The position numbers and the translations under genes are program-made. Source: an uncultured Gemmatimonadales bacterium (GTDB lineage Bacteria > Gemmatimonadota > Gemmatimonadetes > Longimicrobiales > RSA9). Taken from it: 64,000 bases of DNA. Of the stretch, positions 46,412 through 59,700 are shown piece by piece. Numbering within the stretch: position 1 is the first letter of the stretch; every line of letters starts with the position of its first letter. The notes under the pieces were generated by a model. The model saw only the letters and a list, made by a program, of their open reading frames with translations, did not search any database and was not told the origin of the DNA. The stretch is taken from assembly GCA_963798845.1 (NCBI GenBank), contig CAWCUS010000002.1, positions 288,001 through 352,000 on the forward strand. The letters run 5' to 3'.

Positions 46412-47343
46412 GGCGCGGCCAGGGGACCACGGCGGCCCTGACCCGCGGCCTGGCCGCCGCTCTTCTCGTCACGAGCGCGTGCGCCCCGCCGCGGGACGCG
46501 CCCGGCTCACCCGCGCCGTCGGCGCCCGCCGCGGCACCCGCGCAGGTGAACGGCGCGCTCGCGGCCGGCGACAGCGCCCCGGCGGCCGTCCTCCACCTCG
46601 AGCCGTACGTGGCCGGGGCCGGGCTCCTCACCCTGCCGGTGACCGTGGCGGACAGCGCCGCCCGCTTCCTTTTCGATACCGGCGGCGGTTTCACCGTGGT
46701 GACCCCGGCGGCGGCCGAGGGGATCGGCTGCGAGCCGTTCGGCGGCCTCACGGGCTTCCGCCACAACGGCGACACCGTGTCGGCGCGCCGCTGCCCCGCC
46801 GCGCGGCTGGAAGTGGACGGCTGGACGGCGCCCGCCGCCGAGGTCGCCGTGTACGATCTCGGAGCCCTCCTCCCGGCAGGGCTCCCACCGCTGGGCGGTC
46901 TCGTGGCGCTGAGCACGTTCGAGGGGCGCGCCATCACGCTGGAGCTCGGCCGTGGCCGGGTGGTGGTGGAGAGCGAGGCGTCGCTCGCGGGGCGCGTGAC
47001 GGACATGGTGGAGGTCCCCGTGCGGGAGGGGCGCCAGGCCGGGGGTGCGGCGCTGGATGTCTTCATCGCCTTCAGCGCCGGCGGCGGCCCCGTCTGGATG
47101 GAGCTGGACTCCGGCAACAACGGTCCGGTCATCATCAGCGCCGTCGCGGCCGCGCAGCTCGGCCTCGACCTCTCGCCCCGGCAGGCGCGCACGGTGACGC
47201 TGCACCTCCCCGGCTTCGGTCCGGTGGAGGTGGAGGCGGTCCAGGCCGACATCATCTACGACGGCCTCCTGAACGCCGACTTCGTCCGACAGCACCGCAT
47301 CACACTCGACCTCGCCCGCTCCCGCGCCTGGATCGCGCGCTGA
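46408..47343 (+). CDS. Two-domain retropepsin-like aspartyl protease lipoprotein
   Basis: FLFDTGG and ELDSGN catalytic motifs; lipobox TSAC. Confidence 0.7.
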   Translation: MRRGQGTTAALTRGLAAALLVTSACAPPRDAPGSPAPSAPAAAPAQVNGALAAGDSAPAAVLHLEPYVAGAGLLTLPVTVADSAARFLFDTGGGFTVVTPAAAEGIGCEPFGGLTGFRHNGDTVSARRCPAARLEVDGWTAPAAEVAVYDLGALLPAGLPPLGGLVALSTFEGRAITLELGRGRVVVESEASLAGRVTDMVEVPVREGRQAGGAALDVFIAFSAGGGPVWMELDSGNNGPVIISAVAAAQLGLDLSPRQARTVTLHLPGFGPVEVEAVQADIIYDGLLNADFVRQHRITLDLARSRAWIAR

Positions 47344-47456
47344 TGCCGCGCCCGGGCCCGGAGCGGCGGACGTCGGCACGGCCCCTTGCCCGGGCGGCGG
47401 CGCCCCGTGACCTTTTGCGGTCTTCAGGCGAGGCGGAAGTGCGGAGGCGGTAGACC

Positions 47457-48872
47457 TTGGAAGTGACCAAGTCGCAGCGGAACAGGATCCTGGCCGTGCT
47501 GTTCACGGGCGTCCTCATGGGCGCCCTGGACATCGCCATCATCGGACCCGCGCTGCCCGCGGTGCGCGAGGCGTTCGGGATCGACGAGCGCGCGGCGGCG
47601 TGGATCCTGAGCATCTACGTCCTGTTCAACCTGGTCGGCACGCCGCTCATGGCGAAGCTGTCCGACCGCTACGGCCGGCGGGCCGTGTACGTGGCGGACG
47701 TCACCATCTTCGGCGCGGGCTCCCTGCTGGTGGCGCTGGCGCCCACGTTCGGCTGGGTGCTGACCGGTCGCGCGGTGCAGGGGCTCGGCGCGGGTGGCGT
47801 GTTCCCCGTCGCCAGCGCGGTGATCGGCGACGTATTCCCGCCCGAGAAGCGGGGCTCAGCGCTCGGTCTCATCGGCGCGGTCTTCGGCCTCGCCTTCCTC
47901 CTCGGCCCGATCCTCGGGGGCGTGCTCCTGCTCCTGAGCTGGCACTGGCTGTTCCTGGTCAACCTGCCCATCGCCGCCGCCGTGGTGGTGGGCGCCCTGC
48001 GCGTGCTGCCGTCCGCCGGCGCGGCCGAGCCGAGGCCGTTCGACTGGGCGGGGATGGCCGTCCTGGGCATCATGCTCGGCGCGTTCGCCTACGCGCTGAA
48101 CCGCCTCGACGCGGCGAACCTGGTGCAGAGCTTCGGCCGCCCGGATGTCTGGGTGTTCCTGGTCGTGGCCGTGGCGCTGGCGCTGGCCTTCCCGGCCATC
48201 GAGCGACGCGCCCACGATCCGGTCCTGCGGCCCGGGCTCTTTCGCTCCCGCCAGATCGTCATTGCCAGCGGGCTCTCGCTGGGCGCCGGGATGAGCGAGG
48301 CCTCGGTCGTGTTCGTGCCGGCGCTGCTGGTCGCCGCTTTCGGCGTGACGGTGTCGAAGGCGTCGTTCATGCTCCTGCCCATCGTCGTCGCCCTCGGGCT
48401 CGGCGCGCCCGCGTTCGGGCGGATGCTCGACCGGGCCGGGTCCCGGGCCGTGGTGGCCCTGTCCACCGCGCTCATCGGCGTGGGCATGGCGCTGGTGAGC
48501 GCGTTCACGGCCACGCTCTTCCTCTTCTACCTGGCCGGGGCGCTCATCGGCCTCGGCATGGCCGGGCTGCTCGGCTCCTCGCTCCGGTACGTCATGCTCA
48601 ACGAGGCGCCGGCGTCGGAGCGCGGCGCCGCACAGGGAATCCTCACGGTCTTCATCTCGGTCGGACAGCTGGTCGGGAGCGCGGTCCTCGGCGCGATCAT
48701 CGCCTCGCACGGCAGCGACACCGGCAGCTACGGCGCCGCATTCCTGCTCGTGGCCGTGGTCATGGCGGTGCTCACGGTGGCCGCCCTCGGCCTCCGCAGC
48801 CGCGCGGACGAACGGCGCCACATGGAGCGCCAGGGCGCAGACACCGCCGCCCCCGAAGCCGCCGCCCGCTGA
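47457..48872 (+). CDS. MFS transporter (DHA2/EmrB-like)
   Basis: LD..I..PALP, KLSDRYGRR, GRAVQGLG, GP.LGG, W.FLVNLP. Confidence 0.9.
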   Translation: MEVTKSQRNRILAVLFTGVLMGALDIAIIGPALPAVREAFGIDERAAAWILSIYVLFNLVGTPLMAKLSDRYGRRAVYVADVTIFGAGSLLVALAPTFGWVLTGRAVQGLGAGGVFPVASAVIGDVFPPEKRGSALGLIGAVFGLAFLLGPILGGVLLLLSWHWLFLVNLPIAAAVVVGALRVLPSAGAAEPRPFDWAGMAVLGIMLGAFAYALNRLDAANLVQSFGRPDVWVFLVVAVALALAFPAIERRAHDPVLRPGLFRSRQIVIASGLSLGAGMSEASVVFVPALLVAAFGVTVSKASFMLLPIVVALGLGAPAFGRMLDRAGSRAVVALSTALIGVGMALVSAFTATLFLFYLAGALIGLGMAGLLGSSLRYVMLNEAPASERGAAQGILTVFISVGQLVGSAVLGAIIASHGSDTGSYGAAFLLVAVVMAVLTVAALGLRSRADERRHMERQGADTAAPEAAAR

Positions 48873-48918
48873 TCGCGCGGGGAGCCACGCACGGGCCGGA
48901 AGCCCAATGCGCCCCGCG

Positions 48919-48990
48919 GGCGAGCCCCCGTCCCGCGGCGAGCCCGCGTCCCGCGGCGAGCCCGCGTCCCGCGGCGAAGCTGCGTCCCGC
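48919..48990. repeat. Tandem repeat, 4 x 18 bp (GGCGAGCCCGCGTCCCGC)
   Basis: Units start at 48919, 48937, 48955 and 48973, between convergent genes. Confidence 0.85.
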
Positions 48991-49033
48991 GGCGGCAGGC
49001 GCGAGCCCGCGCGAGGGCCGCAGGCCCGAGCCG

Positions 49034-50718
<1,685 letters not shown>

Positions 50719-50813
50719 GGCAATCCGGGTTCGGTCGGCTTCTACGAGTGCGGGAATCTAACCGGGGGGTGCGCCGTAGCGAAGGCGGGAGCCCGGGACT
50801 CATCCCCGTCCGG

Positions 50814-50829
50814 AGGCACGTTTGGTGCA
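50814..50829 (+). promoter_or_regulatory. Putative sigma54 promoter of the receiver protein gene
   Basis: AGGCAC-GTTTG-GTGCA, about 40 nt upstream of ATG 50868. Confidence 0.5.
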
Positions 50830-50867
50830 AACAGAAAGACCACTCAGGGAGCAGAAACGGAAGCACC

Positions 50868-51320
50868 ATGCATCACTTCAGCACTCCGCCCCGCGTCTTC
50901 GTCCCGCCTCCCGCCCGAAAAGAAGCCGGGCGACGCTCCCGTCAGCTGATCCTGGCCGTGGAAGACCAGCCAGATGACTGGCGGATCTACGGCAAGATGT
51001 TGTGGTACAACGGCTTCGATGTCCTGCACGCGACCACGGGCGAGCAGGGCGTACGGCTGGCGCTGGCGGCTCGCCCGGACCTGATCCTGGCCGACCTGAT
51101 GTTGCCGAACATGGATGGCATCGAGATGTGCCGGGCGCTCAAGCGGGATGCCCGGACCGCCCACATCCCGGTCGTCGTGCTCACTGCCCATTCCGACGAC
51201 GAGTACGGAGCCCCGGCGCGGGAAGCGGGCTGTGACCTGTTCCTGGAGAAGCTGGTCGGGCCCGTGCAGGTCCTCCACGTCGTGGAGGAGATGATCGGCC
51301 GCGCGCCTCCACAGGCGTAG
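50868..51320 (+). CDS. Single-domain response regulator
   Basis: [24 protein letters not shown]. Confidence 0.85.
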   Translation: MHHFSTPPRVFVPPPARKEAGRRSRQLILAVEDQPDDWRIYGKMLWYNGFDVLHATTGEQGVRLALAARPDLILADLMLPNMDGIEMCRALKRDARTAHIPVVVLTAHSDDEYGAPAREAGCDLFLEKLVGPVQVLHVVEEMIGRAPPQA

Positions 51321-51395
51321 AGGTCTTGCGGGGGAGGCGCCCGCCGCCCGGCGTCGGAAGTGAGGTCCGCTCTCCCCGCCGCAAGCGGGGCCGGC

Positions 51396-52916
51396 CTATC
51401 CTTCCAGCGCCGCGAGCAGCCGCCCGTGCACGCCGCCGAAGCTGCCGTTCGACATGAACAGCACCACATCCGCGGGGTGGAGCTCGGCCGCCAGCTGCTC
51501 GACGATGTCGTTCGTGTCGGGGATGTAGACGGCCGGGGTTCCGTCGGCCCTGATCTGGGCGACCAGCGCGTTCGGGTCCATGCCCGTGTCCGCATCGTAG
51601 CGTTCAGGGTGGAACAGCCCCGCCAGGATCACCTCGTCCGCGCTCCCCAGCGCCTTTCGGTACGCTTCCTGGAATTCACGGCGCTGCGCCGTGTAGCTGC
51701 GCGGCTCGAACACCGCCACCACCCGCCGGGCGCCGAAGCGCTGGCGCACCGCCGTGATGGTCTCCCGCACCGCGGTGGGATGGTGGGCGAAATCGTCGAT
51801 CACGGTGACGCCGCGCGCTTCTCCCCGGATCTCCATGCGACGGCGGACGCTGCGGAACGTCCGCAGCCCCTCCAGAATCCCGTCCCACTCCGCCCCCACG
51901 CTCACCGCCGCGGCGATGGCGGCCAGGCAGTTGCGGACATTGAACGCGCCGGTCAGCGGCGTGACCACGTCACCCAGGCACTCGCCGTCGTGGTAGACGT
52001 TGAAGATGGCGCCATCCGCGCCGTACTCGACCCCCTCTGCGCGCCAGCGGGGATGCTGCAGCGACGCGTCGAACCCCGCCGGTTCCGCTGATCCCGCCGC
52101 CCGCACCTCCCCCGTGGCCGCCGGCCGCGCCTCCCCTCGGCCCTTCTCCTGGGACGCCGACGCCGATGCCGCCCCCGATCCGAGCGCAAAGCTCTCCACG
52201 GGGGCGAACGACCTCCAGGCCAGCTCCCGGGCCGTAGGGCTCTCCCAGCCGGCCACCAGCGTCCCGTTCCGGGGGACCAGGTTCACGAAGCGGGAGAATG
52301 CGAAGCGGTAGGCTCGCTCGTCTCGGTAGATGTCCGCATGGTCGAACTCCAGGTTGGTCACCACCGCGGTGTGCGGCAGGTAGTGCCACATCTTCGGGCC
52401 CTTGTCGAAATAGGCGGTGTCGTACTCGTCCGCCTCGATCACGAACAGGTCCGACTCGGCCGCATCCACCAGCCGGAACGAGGTCCCGAAGTTTTCGGCC
52501 ACGCCGCCGATGAGGAAGGACGGCCGGAGCCCGGCCGATTCCAGCAGCCAGGCCGCAAGCGACGTGGTGGTCGTCTTCCCGTGCGTCCCGGCCACCGCCA
52601 GCACGCGTCGGTCGCGGAGGAACTCCTCCTTCACCGTGCTCGCCGCCGACGTGTACCGGAGCCTTCGTTCCAGGACGGCCTCCAGCTCCGGATTGCCCCG
52701 GGAGATCGCGTTTCCCACCACCACCATGTCCGGCGCCGGATGCAGGTTGGCCGGGTCGAACGACCGCGCGTACGCGATCCCCAGCTCGTCCAGCATGGTG
52801 GACATGGGCGGGTACACCCCCTCGTCCGACCCCGTCACCGCGTGTCCCGCGGCCCGCAGCAGCCCCGCCAGCGAGCCCATGGCCGTTCCGGCGATCCCGA
52901 TCAGGTGGTAGTGCAT
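51396..52916 (-). CDS. mpl: UDP-MurNAc:L-Ala-gamma-D-Glu-mDAP ligase (murein peptide ligase)
   Basis: IGIAGTAMG, VYPPMS, GNAISRGN, GTHGKTTT, EADEYD.A.FDK, DDFAHHPT, SNG.FGG. Confidence 0.9.
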   Translation of the reverse strand: MHYHLIGIAGTAMGSLAGLLRAAGHAVTGSDEGVYPPMSTMLDELGIAYARSFDPANLHPAPDMVVVGNAISRGNPELEAVLERRLRYTSAASTVKEEFLRDRRVLAVAGTHGKTTTTSLAAWLLESAGLRPSFLIGGVAENFGTSFRLVDAAESDLFVIEADEYDTAYFDKGPKMWHYLPHTAVVTNLEFDHADIYRDERAYRFAFSRFVNLVPRNGTLVAGWESPTARELAWRSFAPVESFALGSGAASASASQEKGRGEARPAATGEVRAAGSAEPAGFDASLQHPRWRAEGVEYGADGAIFNVYHDGECLGDVVTPLTGAFNVRNCLAAIAAAVSVGAEWDGILEGLRTFRSVRRRMEIRGEARGVTVIDDFAHHPTAVRETITAVRQRFGARRVVAVFEPRSYTAQRREFQEAYRKALGSADEVILAGLFHPERYDADTGMDPNALVAQIRADGTPAVYIPDTNDIVEQLAAELHPADVVLFMSNGSFGGVHGRLLAALEG

Positions 52917-52993
52917 GGGAGGCAACATAGGGCAAGCCCTGCGCCGGGTCAGGTGCCGCAGCCGGTCCGCTCCTTGCGCGCGCCGTCCCCGTC

Positions 52994-54301
52994 ATGAGCA
53001 TCACGACGATCTTCCTGCTCGCCCTCGTCATCGTCATGGGCACGCTCCTGGGCTTCTTCGCGCTGGCCGGCTTCTTCTACGTCATGCGGGGCAACCCGGT
53101 GGAGGGGGTGCGCGTGGTCGGCGGCGAGGACAGCGTCCCCAACGTCTCGTCGTCGCTCTTCTGCGAGCAGGTGGAGCGGCACGTCAACGCGTCGCTCACC
53201 GGGGGCAACCGGCTCGATGTGCTGTTCAACGGCGAGGAAGTGTACCCGAGCCTGTGGTCCGACCTCGAGAGCGCCCGCTCGGTCATCACCTGGCACGTGT
53301 TCTGGTTCAAGCCCGGTGAGCTGGCGGCCCGGCTCAGCGACATCCTGATCGGCCGCCTGCGCGAGGGCGTCCGCGTGCTGCTCCTTCACGACGTATACGG
53401 CTCGTGGGGCGTGGACGAGGCGTACTGGGAGCGGCTTCGAAAGGCCGGCGCCGAAGTGCGTCCGTTCCGCCCGTTCCGCTGGGGCACCCTCTACAAGTGG
53501 CAGAAGCGCACGCACATGCGCACCGTCGTGATCGACGGGCGGGTGGGCTACACGGGCGGCTTCGCCATCCAGGATGACTGGCAGGGCGACGGGCTCCACC
53601 CCCACCAGTGGCGGGACACGAGCGTGCGCATCGAAGGGCCCGCCGTGCACGAGCTCCAGGCCGCGTTCGCAGCCGACTGGGCCGAGGCGGCGGGCGAGCT
53701 GCTGGTCGGCGATGACCTCTTCCCGCGCGAGCCGCTGGAGCTGGACGGGCCCCACGTCGCCGGCCTCATCTACGGCTCGCCGTCGGTGGGCAGCACGGAC
53801 ATGGAGCGCTTCTACGCCCTGACCATTGCCGGGGCGCGGGAGAGGCTCTGGATCACCAGCGCGTACTTCGTCCCCGACGATGACTTCCGTCGACTCCTCC
53901 TGGAGGCGGCCGCCGCGGGAGTGGACGTGCGCGTGCTCACGCCTGGCGGCAACACCGACAAGAAGTCCACCTGGTACGCCGCCCGCCGGCACTACGAGGC
54001 GCTGCTGGCGGGCGGGATCCGGCTCTACGAGTACGACCCGACCATGATCCACGCCAAGACGCTCAGCGTCGACGGCGTCTGGGGGGCGGTGGGCTCCGCG
54101 AACTTCGACAACCGCTCCATGTCCCTGAACGACGAGGTCGTGCTCATGATCAGCGCGCCCGACGTCGTCGGGCGTCTCGAAGACCGCTTCCGAACGGACC
54201 TCGAGCGGTCCACGGAGCTGGAGCTGGACCGGTTTCGCAGCCGTGGGCTGCCGGAGCGGGCGAAGGAGCGCTTCTGGGTCCTGCTCTCGCGGCTTCTCTA
54301 G
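52994..54301 (+). CDS. cls: Cardiolipin synthase-like phospholipase D family protein
   Basis: N-terminal TM helix; HMRTVVIDG (variant HKD), WRDT, YFVP, HAKTLSVD, GSANFD.RS. Confidence 0.85.
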   Translation: MSITTIFLLALVIVMGTLLGFFALAGFFYVMRGNPVEGVRVVGGEDSVPNVSSSLFCEQVERHVNASLTGGNRLDVLFNGEEVYPSLWSDLESARSVITWHVFWFKPGELAARLSDILIGRLREGVRVLLLHDVYGSWGVDEAYWERLRKAGAEVRPFRPFRWGTLYKWQKRTHMRTVVIDGRVGYTGGFAIQDDWQGDGLHPHQWRDTSVRIEGPAVHELQAAFAADWAEAAGELLVGDDLFPREPLELDGPHVAGLIYGSPSVGSTDMERFYALTIAGARERLWITSAYFVPDDDFRRLLLEAAAAGVDVRVLTPGGNTDKKSTWYAARRHYEALLAGGIRLYEYDPTMIHAKTLSVDGVWGAVGSANFDNRSMSLNDEVVLMISAPDVVGRLEDRFRTDLERSTELELDRFRSRGLPERAKERFWVLLSRLL

Positions 54302-54353
54302 CGGTCCGCTTCGCGGGGCGCACGGTCCGGCTGGCGTCCGCCGTGACCCGGCG

Positions 54354-56472
54354 TCACTCGCAGCTCACGCGGATGCGGGCGTCCAGCGCCACCCCGCCCT
54401 GTTCGCGCACGAGGAACGGGTTGATGTCCAGCTCCTTGATGGCGGGGTTCTCGCCCATCAGCTGCGACACCCGCTGGATCACGTCCGCGATCGCTTCCTG
54501 GTCCGACGGCGGCTCGCCCCGGATCCCTTCGAGCACCTTCACCGCCCGGATCGAGCGGACCATCTCCCGGGCGTCGATGTCCGTGAGCGGATGGACGCGG
54601 AACACCACGTCCTTGAGCGCCTCCACGTACACGCCGCCCAGCCCGAACATGAGGAGCGGGCCGAAGGTGGGATCCGTGGTCCCGCCCACGATGGTCTCGC
54701 GGCCGCCCGAGGCGAACGGCTGGACCAGCACGCCGTCCAGGCGCGCGTCCGGGAGCGCGTCCGCGACCCGGGCCATCATGGCGAAGTACTCCTCGCGCAC
54801 CTCGTCCGCCGATCGCAGGTCCACGGCCACGCCGCCCACGTCGCTCTTATGCACCACGTCGGCAGACTCGATCTTCATCACCACAGGGAAGCCCAGCTCC
54901 GCCGCCACCGCCACCGCCGCATTCTGCGCTGCCCACGATGCGCGAGTCCAGAACCGGGATCCCGTAAGCGCGGAACACCGCCAGCGCGTCGGGGCCGGCC
55001 AGGTGCCCCGTCCCGCTCTCGCACGCCCGGGCGATGATCTGCCGCACCCTGTCCCGGTCCGCGTCCACCTCCAGCACCCGCCCTTCCGGCCGTTCCAGCC
55101 ACTTCCGGTACCGGTACATGGCCGCCAGCGCCTTGGACGCCGACTCGGGGAAGATGTAGCCGGGGACACCCGCCTCGTGGAGCTCTGCTCGGCCCTGCGG
55201 CAGCCCGTCACGGCCCATGAGCACCGCGAGCACCGGCTTCTGGTGACCCTTCTTCGCGGCCACGATCGCCGCCGCCACCTCCTCCTGGCGGATCCCCAGT
55301 GGTGGTACGAATGCCGCGATGGCCGCGTCCACGTTCTCGTCCCGGAGCACCCGGTCCAGAACCAGGCGGTACGACTCCGGCGTGGCCGACGCGATCATGT
55401 CCACCGGGTTCCGTACGCTCGCCTCCTCCGCGAGCACCTGCCGCAGCGCCGCCTGCGTCGCGTCCGACAGCTGCACCACTTCGAGACCCCTCGACTCGCA
55501 CGCGTCCGCGATTATGATCCCGGGGCCGCCCGCGTTCGTCACGATGGCGACACGGTTCCCCGCCGGGACAGGCAGCTCGTCGAACGCCATGGCCAGGTCG
55601 AACAGCTCCTCCACCGTGTCCACCCGTATCACACCGCACTGCGAGAGCAGCGCGTCCACTGCCACGTCCGCCCCTGCCAGCGCACCCGTGTGCGAGCTCG
55701 CCGCGCGCGCCCCTACGCCCGTCCGCCCCGCCTTCACCACGATGATCGGCTTCCTCTTCGTGATCTGCCGGGCCAGACGCGTGAACTTCTGCGGATTCCC
55801 GAAGTTCTCCAGGTACATGAGGATCACGCTCGTGCGCGGATCGTCGGCCCAGTACTGGATCAGGTCGTTCCCGCTCACGTCCGGCTTGTTGCCCACGCTC
55901 ACGAAGTCGTTGATCCCGATCCCGTACTCCGACGCGTAGTCCAGGATCGTCACCCCCATCGCACCCGACTGGCTCATCAGGCTCACCGGACCCGGCGGCG
56001 GCATGGTGGGCGCGAACGTCGCGTTCATGCTCAACTCCGGCGCCGTGCTCAGAACCCCCATGCAGTTCGGTCCCACCAGCCGCATGCCATAGCGACGCAC
56101 CCGCGCCATCAGCTCCGCTTCCAGCTGCGCCCCGGTGCCGCCCACCTCACGGAACCCGGCGGTGATCACCACCAGCCCGGCGATCCCCTTCGCCCCGCAC
56201 TCGTCCACCACCTCGAGAACGTACTGCTTCGGCACGACCACCATGGCCATGTCCACTTCCCCCGGGATCGCCGACACCGACGGGTAGCTCGGCACCGAGT
56301 GGATGGAGCGCGCGTTCGGATTCACCGGGTAGACCACCCCTTCGTAGCCGTGCCGCAGCAGGTTGTCCACGATCTGGTATCCGATCGTGCCCGGCCGACG
56401 GCTCGCCCCGATCACCGCGATGCTGCGCGGCCGGAGTATGGGGTCGAGTGAGCGGTTGTCGTCTTCGTACAT
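54354..56472 (-). pseudogene. ADP-forming acyl-CoA synthetase (acetate--CoA ligase family), frameshifted near 54922 (probably a sequencing indel)
   Basis: IAVIGAS, GPNCMG, SQSG, SHTGALAG, TNAGGPG, NPVD in one frame. The ATP-grasp part (GFPVVMK, HKSDVGGV, DPTFGP, DINP) continues in another frame. Confidence 0.85.
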
Positions 56473-56614
56473 GGGCCTGCTATCCCTTTCACGGCGTGGC
56501 GCCGTCTGCGACCGTTTTTCGTGGCCGAAGTGTGGCGGATTCACCCGCGTTTGGCTATCCCCGCAGGAGGCAGGAAGCAGGAGGTGGGGCCGGGCGCGAC
56601 CGCCCCCGATGCGG

Positions 56615-56645
56615 AACGGCCGGGTGGTTTCCCCACCCGGCCGTT
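56615..56645 (-). terminator. Hairpin downstream of the Omp85-fusion gene (terminator-like)
   Basis: Perfect 13-bp stem AACGGCCGGGTGG/CCACCCGGCCGTT with a 5-nt loop; weak U-tract. Confidence 0.5.
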
Positions 56646-56752
56646 GCGGCAGGCCGCCCTCGCGCGCGAAGCGCCCTCCCCGCAGCCCCGAGGCCACGGG
56701 TCCCAGCCCTCAGGCAACGCGTCCCGCAGCCGTCACGCCGCAGTTCGCCGTC

Positions 56753-59700
56753 TCACCACCCGGGCGCCAGCTGGAAGCCGAAGTGCCACCCCTTGTTCGG
56801 CCTCTGGAACGGATACGCGTAGTAGATCTCCAGCACCGCGAAGCCGAGGACGTTGAAACGGCTCGTGATCCCGGCGCTCACCACGGGCGTGCGCTCGCCC
56901 GGTGCGTTCCACTTCCACACGGGCGTGCAGCTCAGTCCCTGGGAGTCCGTGCTGCTGCCGTCATTGCCGCAGGAGCGGCTGTTCCACGCCACGCCCGCAT
57001 CCACGAACCCCGCCAGCTCGGTCGGGACGAACGGGAAGTTGATCAGCCCGAACCCGGGAACGCCGAACAGCGGGAGTCGGAGCTCCGCGCTCGCCACGGC
57101 GAGCTTCGAGCCCAGCAGTCGGTTGAAGACGGGGCACCCGCCGTTGACGCCCGTGGCGCCGCACTCGCTGCTGCTGAACGAGTTGTAGTCGTAGCCGCGC
57201 ACCAGCGTCTCGTAGCCGAGGAAGAGCTGCTGCGTGAAAAGCGGGTTCCCGTTTTCGGCGTCGGGGCCGTAGCGGCCGTAGTGCATCCCGCGCACGGCGA
57301 GCGTGAAGGGGTAGTGCCAGAAGTACCGCCGGTAGTCGGCGAGGGCGTTCACCATGTTGAGGCCGCCGAACATCGGCGAAACCTCGAACCGGAACCGGCC
57401 GCCCCGGACCGGCGACGTGAAGCCGAAATTGGACCAGTCGCCGACGTACGCGAAGGTCGCGGTCCCCATGCTCAGCGGGTGGGCCAGCTCGGAAGGCAGC
57501 GTGTCCGACGTGGTCTCGCTCCCGAGCTGCTGACCCGTGGCGGCGTCGTAGTAGACGCGCAGCGTCTCGAGCCCGAAGCCGTAGCGCATGTACCCGGCGT
57601 TCACCTCGAAGCGCCGCGTCTGCGACCGTGGGAACTCGAACAGCGCCACCGCCTGATCCTGGTAGATGCGGAACAGCTGGAGGTCCTGCTCCACCGCGGG
57701 ACGGCCGTTGAAGCTGGACTGCGGATCGTAGAAGTAGTAGCCCAGCCGATATGGAATATGACCCGCGAGCAGGCCCCAGTTCAGGTGCCCCTTCCGGTTC
57801 ACGTACTGCACCTGGCCGCCCACGTCCTTGAACGTGCCGTTGGCCTGAACGGCGGCCATGAGCTGGCGGTTGCCCAGCATGTCGCTCCAGTACGTGGCCA
57901 CCGCCCCCTGCACCATCGTGCCGAACGGGCCGCCGAACGATGCACCCAGCGTGGGCACGCCCACGTAGTCCAGCGCCAGCCGCGCACCGTAGTCCCCGCT
58001 CGGGAAAACGGTGTCGCGCGGCAGCCCCCGCAGCGGCTCCGCCATGTACGAGGCCACGATCCCGCGCTCCGCCGCTTCCATCGGCGGCAGGATCGCCGCC
58101 GGCTGTACGCCCGCGAAACGGTTCTGCACCGGCTGCGCTCGCGCTTCCACCTGCGCCGCGTCCATCCGGTAGACTGTGTAGTTCCCCTCGTTGAACACGG
58201 AGAACATGATGTCGCCGGTCTGCTGCGCGATGGTCAGCGCCGGCGACAGGTCCGTGATCCCGCTCACGCCCGTGGCGATCCGCGTGATCCGCTGGATCTC
58301 CCCCGACGCGAGCCGCACGCGGTACACGTCCTGGAAGCCGTCGGCGTCGCTGATGAAGTAGAGCCACTCACCGTTCGGGCCGTAATGCGGGTCAATGTGC
58401 TTCCCTCCCGCGAACAGGTCCAGCATCCGGACCTGGCGCGTGCCCATGTCCATCAGGCCGATCCGCATGTTGCCGTATTCGAGGGTCTTCAGGTCCGTCC
58501 CCGCCCGGTCCGTCACGAAGGCCAGCGTCCGGCCGTCCGGCGACCACGACGGCTGCAGCTCCGCGTACGGGTCGTTCGTCAGCTGCTCCGCTCGCCCGGT
58601 CTCCGCGTCCACCAGGTACAGGTTGCTCATTCCCCCGCTGTTCCCGGCCACCGCGATCATTCGCCCGTCCGGCGACCACGCCGGTGAGTTCAGCGCGCCC
58701 ACCCCCTCGATCCGGATGTGCCGCACGATCTCCCGGTCCGCCAGCCGGATCACCGCCAGCTCCTCATCCCCGTCCGCGAACGCCGTGAACGCCATCTCCT
58801 TCCCGTCCGGCGACCACGCACCCGCCGATTCCAGGAAGCTCAGCGCGTCGAAGTGCAGGCTCGTCTCGCTGTCCGCCACCTTCTTCACCACCTCGCCCGT
58901 GTGCGCATCCGCCAGGAACAGCGTGATCTCGAACAGCGCACGCTCGCTGTAGAACGCCACGTACCGGCCGTCCGGGCTCAGCGCCGGGCCCACGTTCATG
59001 TCCCCGGCGTCAATGTCCTTGGCCAGGATCTTCTGCGCCACCTCGCCCGGTCGGTCCTTCCCCTCCATCAGCGGCAGGTAGTGCGCACGCAGCGCTGTCA
59101 GCCAGTCCTGGTTCAGCTGGTCCGACGACGTCCGCAGCACCCGCTTCACGGCCGCGCTCCAGCCGTCCTGCAGCGACGCCTTGAACAGGTCCGTCACCGC
59201 CCGGTCACCCCAGCGACCCCCGATGTACGCCCACAGCGCCTGACCGTACCGGTACGGGAAGAAGCGCCGGTCCGACGTCAGCTGCTGGAACGACGGAAGG
59301 TCCCCCCGCAGCGCCGCGTCCCGCATCCACATCGCCGTCAACGGATCGTCACGCCCCTTCGACAGGTACTCCGCCATCCCTTCGATCAGCCAGAGCGGCA
59401 GCGCCCCGATCCCCTGCTGGCCCATCGCGCCCATCTTCTGCGCGATGTCGTACTGGAACGCGTGCACCAGCTCGTGTCCCAGCACGTGGTCGTTGTCCGC
59501 GTATACCCCCGTCAGCGGCAGCACCACCCGGTTCTTCACCGACTCCGTGAACCCGCCCGTCCCCTCGCCGACCTGTCCTTCCGTCGTGTTCGTCTGCTGG
59601 AAATCCGGGTGGTTCGCGTACAGGATCACCGGCTTCGCGCTGCTGAACTGATGGTTGAATACACGCGAAAGCCGCGCGTACCACCGCTCCCCCATCCGCC

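Noticed and set aside
48919..48990. Possible CRISPR array
   Set aside because: Repeats are contiguous with no spacers, and no cas genes are present
52932..52977. GG-N10-GC sigma54-like matches between mpl and cls
   Set aside because: Weak matches, likely by chance at high GC; a leaderless sigma70 promoter explains mpl better
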